Of a DNA stretch of 64,000 bases, positions 56,964 to 64,000 are shown one piece after another. The DNA comes from an uncultured Pseudomonadota bacterium. Lineage in GTDB: Bacteria > Oederibacteriota > Muellerivitia > Muellerivitales > Muellerivitaceae. Numbering within the stretch: the stretch's first letter is position 1; each line of letters opens with the position of its first letter. The translations under genes were made by a program, and so were the position numbers. The stretch spans positions 672,001 to 736,000 of the forward strand of contig CAWIIP010000002.1 of assembly GCA_963836235.1 (NCBI GenBank). Reading direction: 5' to 3'. The notes under the pieces are model-generated. The model did no database searches. It saw only the letters and a program-made list of their open reading frames with translations, and was not told the DNA's origin.

Positions 56964-58067
56964 TTAACGTTCTTTTCGGATCATCTTGACCGGAGCGTTT
57001 GCAACGGTCTTCTTGCTGAACATGGGCTTGGGGACTTTCTTGGGTTTTACCACTGCGCCCTTGACTTCGGCTTTTTTGGGAGCCGAAGTGGTTTTATCGT
57101 TTTTCTTATCCGTTTTTTCGCCTTTTTTATCGGCGTGCTTTTTCTCGTCACCCTTTTTATCTTCGTGCTTCTTTCCATCCTGTCCTTGAACGCCCTTTTT
57201 GGCCCCTTTATCCGCTCCAGGCACCGGGTGCTCAGGATTTTTAGGAAAGAGTGGCGCGGTAATCTTGATGGATTTGCCCTTTTGCGGCGCAGTGGGCTTT
57301 TTGGCGTCTTCTAACCATTTCCGCTTTGGGGTGTCTTCCTTTAAAAACAAATCGTCCTTCAAGTATGGAACGGCGGAAGTACGGCTGACCTTGGCGGCAA
57401 AATCCAGGTCTTTGGCGTAACCTTTTTGCGTAAGGGACTTTCCCTCGGGGGATTCCCTCAAAAGTTCGATGATCCTCCCTTGCCAAGGCTTATAAAGAGC
57501 CACAGCTTCTTTGGCGCTTTCGGCCAATAGAATGGGTGTGGAACTCAAAGTGTTCTGCAGGAAATCGGAAAGCATCCCGGCGAAAGCCGAATCTTCCGGG
57601 CCTCCGGCGCAAACGATCACCACATCCCGCTTCCCTCGAAGGCAGGAATCGTAAACATCATCCAAATTGACGAAAGAACCCATCACCACATGCTTGGCAT
57701 TTTTCAAAACTTTCAACGCGGTAGGGGTGCTAAAGGCAACAATGCGGTCTTTCACTTTTTCGCGGCTGGAATCCAAAGGTGAGCCGCCTAAATGGAAACC
57801 CGGGATCTTTTCCCAGTCCCTTTCCCCGGCCAAAAGGCCTTCCCCGCGCTTTTGCTTTTCAAATATTTTTTTGGCCGTCCCAGGATCAGGGCAAAGGGCC
57901 ACGCCCGCGGCACCGTGATAAAGATAAACCGCTATGGTGGTGGAAGCTCGCAGAACGTCCGCCAATACCACTGTCGCGTTTTGAACAACCGTCGGCTTTA
58001 CGTCTTTGGGATCGAAATACACGGTAATCTTCAATTTTTTCTCCAGACTTAACTTTTCTTTATCCAT
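56964..58067 (-). CDS. ComB-like (2-phosphosulfolactate phosphatase fold) protein with Lys-rich tail
   Basis: DVLRASTTI, AGER, GFHLGGSP, VCAG, ED; about 120-aa low-complexity C-terminal tail. Confidence 0.8.
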   Translation of the reverse strand: MDKEKLSLEKKLKITVYFDPKDVKPTVVQNATVVLADVLRASTTIAVYLYHGAAGVALCPDPGTAKKIFEKQKRGEGLLAGERDWEKIPGFHLGGSPLDSSREKVKDRIVAFSTPTALKVLKNAKHVVMGSFVNLDDVYDSCLRGKRDVVIVCAGGPEDSAFAGMLSDFLQNTLSSTPILLAESAKEAVALYKPWQGRIIELLRESPEGKSLTQKGYAKDLDFAAKVSRTSAVPYLKDDLFLKEDTPKRKWLEDAKKPTAPQKGKSIKITAPLFPKNPEHPVPGADKGAKKGVQGQDGKKHEDKKGDEKKHADKKGEKTDKKNDKTTSAPKKAEVKGAVVKPKKVPKPMFSKKTVANAPVKMIRKER

Positions 58068-58107
58068 AACATAAATTCGCCCATCATCGGCGGTAAGTTA
58101 CCAGCTC

Positions 58108-59478
58108 TTATTTTTTATCCTCGCCTTTATCCTTCTTGTTCTTCATGAATTTTTCCACAAAGTGGGTAGAGTAATTTCCCCTTTTGAAGGACTCGCTTTC
58201 CAAAATGACCTTCAAGAAATCCGTGGTGGTATGGATACCCTCTACCACCAGTTCGTCCAAAGCCCTCACCATCCGCCGAATGGCTTGGGGACGGTCGGGA
58301 GCATGGACAATAATTTTGGCCAGCATCGAATCGTAATAAGGCGGCACTTTGTATCCCTGATAGAGATGGGTATCCACCCTCACTCCCGGCCCACCGGGAA
58401 CGTGATAGGTCGTCACCGTACCTGGCGAGGGGCGAAAGTTATCATCCGGATTTTCGGCGTTAATGCGGCATTCGATGGCGTGTCCCCGGGGCTCCAGGAT
58501 ATCCTTGCCCATTGAAAGTTTTTCACCCGCCGCGATTTTGATTTGTTCTTTAATAATATCAACCCCGGTGGTCAATTCGGTAACGGGATGCTCCACCTGC
58601 ACGCGGGTGTTCATTTCCATGAAGAAGAAATCACCGTGCTTATCCATAAGAAACTCGATGGTTCCCGCGGAGGTATATTTCACTTCTTTCGCCAATTTGA
58701 GGGCGTATTTTCCCACCTTCTTGCGTTGCCTAGCCGTCAAAACGGGCGAAGGGGCTTCCTCGATCAGTTTCTGGTGAGACCTTTGAATCGTGCAATCCCG
58801 CTCACCCAAGTGCATTACATGGCCATATTCGTCGCCCAGGATCTGAACCTCGATATGCCTGGGTTCCTCGATGTATTTCTCGATATAAACTTCAGGATTT
58901 CCAAAGGCAGCTTCGGCCTCAGCCCTGGCTGTCTGGAAAGCTTGAGTCAGGGAAATATCCGTGTGGGCTACCCGCATACCCTTACCACCACCACCCGCGG
59001 AAGCCTTGATGATGACGGGATACTTGATGATTTTGGCCACCGCGAGAGCTTGCTTCTCATCCTTTACTGGACCGTCGCTTCCGGGCGTAGTTGGGGTTCC
59101 GGCTTTCTTGGCAGTACGGATGGCCGCCACTTTATCCCCCATCAGCCGCATGACTTCGGGCTTGGGACCGATAAATTTAATCTGGCAGCTGGCGCAGACT
59201 TCGGCGAAGTGGGCGTTCTCGGCCAGAAAACCATAACCGGGATGGATGGCCTCAGCATCGGTGATTTCCGCCGCGCTGATAAGCGCGGGGATATTGAGAT
59301 AACTTTCTTTGCTGGCAGGCTTCCCAATGCAGACACTTTCGTCCGCTAAGTGAACGTGTAATGAATCGGCGTCGGCTTGAGAATAAACCGCAACCGTCTT
59401 GATTCCTAATTCTTTGCAAGCCCTAATGATGCGGAGGGCGATTTCCCCCCGGTTGGCGATGAGAATCTTATTGAACAC
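58108..59478 (-). CDS. accC: Biotin carboxylase
   Basis: [37 protein letters not shown]. Confidence 0.98.
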   Translation of the reverse strand: MFNKILIANRGEIALRIIRACKELGIKTVAVYSQADADSLHVHLADESVCIGKPASKESYLNIPALISAAEITDAEAIHPGYGFLAENAHFAEVCASCQIKFIGPKPEVMRLMGDKVAAIRTAKKAGTPTTPGSDGPVKDEKQALAVAKIIKYPVIIKASAGGGGKGMRVAHTDISLTQAFQTARAEAEAAFGNPEVYIEKYIEEPRHIEVQILGDEYGHVMHLGERDCTIQRSHQKLIEEAPSPVLTARQRKKVGKYALKLAKEVKYTSAGTIEFLMDKHGDFFFMEMNTRVQVEHPVTELTTGVDIIKEQIKIAAGEKLSMGKDILEPRGHAIECRINAENPDDNFRPSPGTVTTYHVPGGPGVRVDTHLYQGYKVPPYYDSMLAKIIVHAPDRPQAIRRMVRALDELVVEGIHTTTDFLKVILESESFKRGNYSTHFVEKFMKNKKDKGEDKK

Positions 59479-59506
59479 TAGCTTTCCTTAAATAAAAAAG
59501 TTTTTC

Positions 59507-59550
59507 GCTGTCAGCTTTTGCTATCAGCCAACAGCTATCCGCTAAGGGCT
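59507..59550. repeat. Degenerate 7-nt tandem repeat between accB and accC
   Basis: GCTGTCA GCTTTT GCTATCA GCCAACA GCTATCC GCTAAGG GCT. Confidence 0.5.
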
Positions 59551-59554
59551 TTGT

Positions 59555-60127
59555 TTAACTGGGATCAACAACAATCAAGGGCTGGTTAAACTCGACGGCC
59601 TGGCCATTCTGGACGAGGATTTTGACGACCTTGCCGGCCACTTCGGACTTCACTTCGTTCATGAGCTTCATGGCCTCAATAATGCAATAAACTTGGCCCA
59701 CCGCGATCTTGTCGCCTTCTTCTATGAAAACTTTTGCCTCGGGCGATGGAGCGCGGTAAAAGGTTCCCACCATGGGAGAATTCAACGTGGCCCCAGCGTC
59801 CCCTGCTGATACGGGCGCTCCTGCCGCCGGAGTGGCGGCCGAGGAACCAGCAGCGGGAGTGGCGGAAGTCGCGATTACTGGCGCAGCCGCAACCACGGCG
59901 GGAGCCATGCCCGCGACAAAGGGAATCCCCGGTCCTCGTCGAAGATGGACCTTAACGTCCCCCTGTTCAAAACTGAGTTCGGTAATATCCGCGTCATTCA
60001 TGAGGGCGATAACGTCCTGCACGATAGACAGTTTGGAACTGACTTTGATTTTCTTGGTTGGGACGGATTCGCTTTTTTTCTTCTTTTCCGGCTTGGACCC
60101 TTCGTTCTTTTCCGGGCTAGTCGACAT
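59555..60127 (-). CDS. accB: Biotin carboxyl carrier protein
   Basis: SPMVGTFY, EAMKLMN, Ala/Pro linker. Confidence 0.96.
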   Translation of the reverse strand: MSTSPEKNEGSKPEKKKKSESVPTKKIKVSSKLSIVQDVIALMNDADITELSFEQGDVKVHLRRGPGIPFVAGMAPAVVAAAPVIATSATPAAGSSAATPAAGAPVSAGDAGATLNSPMVGTFYRAPSPEAKVFIEEGDKIAVGQVYCIIEAMKLMNEVKSEVAGKVVKILVQNGQAVEFNQPLIVVDPS

Positions 60128-60173
60128 TCAATGTCTCCTTTCTAACGCAACGGCTGAACAACGGATGGGGGAA

Positions 60174-60731
60174 TCAAACTCTTTCTAAATATTCCCCGGT
60201 TCTGGTATCGACCTTGATAACGTCCCCTTCTTTCACGAAAAGGGGTACTTGAATGGTAGCTCCGCTCTCGAGGGTGGCGGGCTTGCTAGCTCCCGAAACC
60301 CTGTCGCCCTTGATGCCGGGCTCCGAGGAGGTAATCTTTAAATTAACAGTAATAGGCAACTTCACGCTGATAGGACGTTCTTTATAAAAGAGGACTTCAA
60401 TGGCCATTTCGTCCTTCAGCCATTGGTACCCTTCCCCAACTTCTTCTTCGGTCAGCTCCAATTGCTCGTAGGTTTCGGTATCCATAAAAATGAATTTCTC
60501 GCCCTGCTTGTACATGTACTGCATTTCTTTTTCTTCGACCGCCGGCTCGGGTACTTTTTCCCAGCTATCCAGGGTCTTATCGGTCACCGTGCCCAACTCC
60601 ACGTTTTTAAGCTTCAGACGGACAAACCCGCCACCCTTACCTGGCTTCACATGCTGGTAGGCAGTGACCCGGTAAAGGACCCCGTCAAATTCGCAAAGAT
60701 TCCCAGCCCGCAGGTCCATAACAGTAAGCAT
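60174..60731 (-). CDS. efp: Elongation factor P
   Basis: HVKPGKG, FMD, KPATLE, VPLF, DTRTGEY. Confidence 0.97.
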   Translation of the reverse strand: MLTVMDLRAGNLCEFDGVLYRVTAYQHVKPGKGGGFVRLKLKNVELGTVTDKTLDSWEKVPEPAVEEKEMQYMYKQGEKFIFMDTETYEQLELTEEEVGEGYQWLKDEMAIEVLFYKERPISVKLPITVNLKITSSEPGIKGDRVSGASKPATLESGATIQVPLFVKEGDVIKVDTRTGEYLERV

Positions 60732-60840
60732 TTCAAAGCCTCCAAAGGAGTAGGGGAAAAACCCTTATTTAATAGGCACATTTAGGCCAAAAGACGTAAA
60801 AAACCTTATTTTTAATGGTTTTTGAGCCAAAAGAGGCGGC

Positions 60841-60869
60841 ATTTTACAGGAAAGTTAGCCATCCGTCAA
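60841..60869 (-). promoter_or_regulatory. sigma70 promoter for efp-accB-accC
   Basis: TTGACG-N17-TAAAAT. Confidence 0.7.
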
Positions 60870-61035
60870 ACTACCCTTGGCTGACCCCTCAAAATTAATT
60901 AGAAACCCCCAATTTCTGAGGCTTTTTAAGAATCTCTGGGAAGAGGCGAGCGGACTCAGTTAGGCCTATACCTGACAAGTAAAGCCGGAACCGGTTCATG
61001 AACCTAGCCTGAGCTACCCTAAATCCAGGCAGAAG

Positions 61036-61416
61036 CTAGCGGGCTTTCTTGGCGCTGAAAACCTCTTTAGCGGCATACATGGCGTTCATGGCCGCTGGGA
61101 ACCCGGCATAGACCGCCATCTGAAGGATGGCCTCGATGATCTCTTGCTTGGTACATCCCACGTTGAGGGCGCCCTTGATATGGGACTTCAACTGAAGAGG
61201 GGCATTTCCAAGGGTGACTAAGGAGGCAATGGTCAAAAGCTGGCGGGTCTTCAAGTCCAATTCCGGACGAGAATAGATATCCCCAAAGGCAAACTCTGTG
61301 ACGAACTTTCCCAACTCGGGACTAATGTCCTTTAGGCTGTTGACTGTAGCTTTCGCCACCGGCCCGTGGATTTCTTGGAATTTTTTCCAACCTTTTTCGT
61401 AACGATCGGTTGTCAT
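61036..61416 (-). CDS. Carboxymuconolactone decarboxylase family protein
   Basis: EFAFGDIYSR, R.L.TIA.L, H..GALNVG, YAGFP. Confidence 0.9.
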   Translation of the reverse strand: MTTDRYEKGWKKFQEIHGPVAKATVNSLKDISPELGKFVTEFAFGDIYSRPELDLKTRQLLTIASLVTLGNAPLQLKSHIKGALNVGCTKQEIIEAILQMAVYAGFPAAMNAMYAAKEVFSAKKAR

Positions 61417-61440
61417 TTTCAATTCTCTTCTATCTTTTCA

Positions 61441-62472
61441 TTAAAGACTTTTCTTCAATTGATCAATTTTCGTTCTTTCTTCATTATCTTCGGCTTTACA
61501 CTCTTTCAAAAAACACTCGAACCAAGCTTTGACTTGATTATCACCATTTGCCGAAACTTTTTTCAAATCCAGAAAATACGTTTTCAAAAATTTTTCAGGT
61601 TCTTCCATTAAATAAATAGCAGTCGAAGGCGAGTCTATTTCATTACCTATTTCAAATTTCGGTTTGAATTTATTTTCTTTTTCGTCCCAAAAATATCTGA
61701 AATCGTAATCTTTTGAAAATATTTTTTTACTTTCAACCTCATACTTTTCATCACCACAACGCCCAAAATAATAATTTATGGTTAAATTCTGCTCCAAGTA
61801 ATTTGGCGTTTGGTTTTTTTGGACCTCGAGATTCGTTTCGTGAAAATCCGCATCATAAGGTAATCCCCAAGTACTCCGTTGACCTTCCGAAGGATAATCC
61901 AAAACATCTTTCAGTTTATTTTCATTCAACCAATAAACATGATATTCGGAAGTCCAAACACCCGTTCCGCCTTCAGAATCTCTCAATGAAATAAAATCCC
62001 TATTCTCAAAGCGGAAGTAGATTGGATTCGGTTCATAATAATGTTCATTTGTTTGCAATATATCTCCAAGAGTCCATATCCCACGATCATTTTTGCTGAA
62101 AAAGATAAAATAAACGTCGTATGAAGTCGGAATATTCATTTGAACAAAAAGCGATTTAAAATCCCCATTTTTATCAACAATTGAGTACTTTCGTGCGTCA
62201 AAATATTTCCGAAGATTTTCTTCCGAAAAAATTTCAGGAACATACTCCTTCAGGACCTCTTTTTTTATTCGCCACAAAAAATATTCAACTTTATTTTTAT
62301 CCGGATCAATCGAAGATAAAACTTCTCTTATTTTCGAGCTTTTACCTTCAATTAAATGGTATTCGGAACTTACTTCTTGAGCTTCGACTCCAATAGCCAT
62401 GTGTGGAAAAATAATTGCTGATATCCAGCAGGAAATCAAAATAATTAAGATCAAATGTTTTTGACAACTCAT
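61441..62472 (-). CDS. Hypothetical exported protein, AT-rich
   Basis: 343-aa ORF with a hydrophobic N-terminus; family not recognised. Confidence 0.6.
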   Translation of the reverse strand: MSCQKHLILIILISCWISAIIFPHMAIGVEAQEVSSEYHLIEGKSSKIREVLSSIDPDKNKVEYFLWRIKKEVLKEYVPEIFSEENLRKYFDARKYSIVDKNGDFKSLFVQMNIPTSYDVYFIFFSKNDRGIWTLGDILQTNEHYYEPNPIYFRFENRDFISLRDSEGGTGVWTSEYHVYWLNENKLKDVLDYPSEGQRSTWGLPYDADFHETNLEVQKNQTPNYLEQNLTINYYFGRCGDEKYEVESKKIFSKDYDFRYFWDEKENKFKPKFEIGNEIDSPSTAIYLMEEPEKFLKTYFLDLKKVSANGDNQVKAWFECFLKECKAEDNEERTKIDQLKKSL

Positions 62473-62501
62473 TACTTATGCTCCAACTTTTCGAAATTCA
62501 T

Positions 62502-64000
62502 TTACTCATCAATAAACCTTCTGTGCCACATCTCGACCAACAGCAGCCCATACAAAAGCAGGTGATGGTCTTTCTTACCCGAAAGGTGCTCCTGAAGAAT
62601 CTGCTCGGTCTTGGTGATGTTGAAATAGCCCCGCTTCTGGAATTTCTCGGAATGAAGGATATCAACCAACAAGGATTTTAATTCCTTGCGAAACCAAGGG
62701 CCCAGGGGCACGGCGAAACCCTTCTTTTGGCGGTTGATAATTTCGTTGGGAAGGTATTTCTGGGCGGCCTTTTTCAAAATATATTTTCCCGTTCTCCCCT
62801 TGAGCTTTAGCGAAGACGGGAGGGAAAAGGCGAATTCCACCAGCCGGTGGTCCAGATAAGGCACCCGGGCTTCCAGCGAGGCCGCCATGCTCATGCGGTC
62901 GACCTTGTTCAAGAGGTCGTCGGGCAACCAGGTCTTCAAGTCCATATAGAGCATCAGGTTCAGGTTGTCGAAACCATAGGGCTCGGCCCCTTCGAAAATC
63001 CGCTCCAGGGATTCCTCGACCTTGGAATGTTCCATTTCATACAACAGCTTCTCCCCCGCCAGACCTTGCAGGGTTTCTTCCAGGCAAAGCCGGGACCAGG
63101 CCATGTGCCGTTTCACCAAATCCTCTTTATTCAAGGCATGCCAGGCCTGTTTGTAAGGGTCCTTCATCCCGCCCGTCACGAAAGGCACGAGCGATTTCAT
63201 CCAACCGGGAATCAACTTTATCCCGCTCGAAAGCTGGTCATAGGAGTAGCGCCGGTAGCCCCCAAAAAGTTCGTCGGCACCTTCCCCGGTAAGGACCACC
63301 TTCACTTCCTGCCGGGCGAAAAGGGAGACCACGAAGGTGGGCAATATAGCGGGGTCGATAACCGGGTCGTCCTGGTATTTCACCAGCTTCGGGATAAGGT
63401 CGTTGAGCATCTCGGCATTGACCATGATTTCCCGGTGCTGGCTTTTGAGGGATTTGGAGACCTTCTGGGCGAATTTGAGTTCGTTAAAGTCATGCTGGTT
63501 CTCGAAACCTACCGAGTAAGTCTTGACCGACTGGCGGGTTTGCTGGGTCATCGCCGCCACGACAAAGGAAGAATCCAGCCCGCCGGAAAGAAATGCCCCC
63601 AGGGGCACATCCGACATCAGTTGTTCCTTCACGCTGGCGAAAAACTTGGAGCGTAGCTCCTCGACCAGGTTTTTCTCCTGGGCCGAATCCACATCCTCGC
63701 CGATGGTCGTGGAGATCTTGGGAAGTTCCCAATAAGGCCGCACCATCATCTTGCCGCTCTGGCACACCAAGTAATGGCCGGCAGGCAGTTTGCGGATGCC
63801 CTTGAACAAAGTGTCCGGCGTCGGAACGTATTGGAGAGTCATGAGCGTAAGGATTTGCTTGGAATCCACTTGCCGCGGCACCGTATCCAACGCGAGTAAA
63901 GCCTTGATTTCAGAGCCAAAGACCAGCGACCCATCGGCGGTGGTGTAATAAAGAGGCTTCACCCCCACATGGTCCCGGGCCAGGATGAGTTTTTGGAAAG
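62502..64000 (-). CDS. asnB: Asparagine synthase (glutamine-hydrolysing) family, 5' end outside the window
   Basis: RDHVGVKPLYY, SDVPLGAFLSGGLDSS, GEGADELFGGY, KVDRMSM, RVPYLD. Confidence 0.93.
   Translation of the reverse strand, partial: FQKLILARDHVGVKPLYYTTADGSLVFGSEIKALLALDTVPRQVDSKQILTLMTLQYVPTPDTLFKGIRKLPAGHYLVCQSGKMMVRPYWELPKISTTIGEDVDSAQEKNLVEELRSKFFASVKEQLMSDVPLGAFLSGGLDSSFVVAAMTQQTRQSVKTYSVGFENQHDFNELKFAQKVSKSLKSQHREIMVNAEMLNDLIPKLVKYQDDPVIDPAILPTFVVSLFARQEVKVVLTGEGADELFGGYRRYSYDQLSSGIKLIPGWMKSLVPFVTGGMKDPYKQAWHALNKEDLVKRHMAWSRLCLEETLQGLAGEKLLYEMEHSKVEESLERIFEGAEPYGFDNLNLMLYMDLKTWLPDDLLNKVDRMSMAASLEARVPYLDHRLVEFAFSLPSSLKLKGRTGKYILKKAAQKYLPNEIINRQKKGFAVPLGPWFRKELKSLLVDILHSEKFQKRGYFNITKTEQILQEHLSGKKDHHLLLYGLLLVEMWHRRFIDE

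Noticed and set aside
58543-59349. Long plus-strand ORFs antisense to accC (likewise to alaS, mltG, thiC and asnB)
   Set aside because: Shadow ORFs produced by the codon bias of well-supported minus-strand genes

Overview
A core-chromosome window from a diderm bacterium, with almost every gene on the minus strand. The pilin type and gene order loosely suggest an Elusimicrobiota/FCPU426/deltaproteobacteria-like lineage (inference only). It carries long housekeeping runs: pdxA-phoH-rsmI-dusB-tsaD; ctpA-envC-ftsX-ftsE; mltG-ruvX-alaS-recX; pdxJ-cdaR-cdaA-folP-folE-ftsH-tilS; metF, folB-folK and a folM-like gene; three tRNAs; a type IVa pilus locus (pilB,T,C,A,M,N,O,P,Q) joined to aroC/K/B and an MglC-like roadblock module; aroE-rsmE-dnaJ; thiC/thiD2; accC-accB-efp; and asnB. 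One intact IS30 element has clipped the 3' end of a hydrolase gene. The most notable features are: (1) a smooth, roughly symmetric AT-rich trough of about 20-25 kb running through ordinary core genes, containing a decayed yciH/SUI1 gene and an intact but apparently catalytically dead nucleotidyltransferase; (2) an FtsE lacking its hydrolysis residues, preceded by a four-arm leader with alternative pairings; (3) a TPR-roadblock plus MglC-like pair beside the pilus genes; (4) a ComB-like pseudo-phosphatase with a Lys-rich tail. No CRISPR array, rRNA, prophage or integrase was seen. All calls were made by eye, without database searches.
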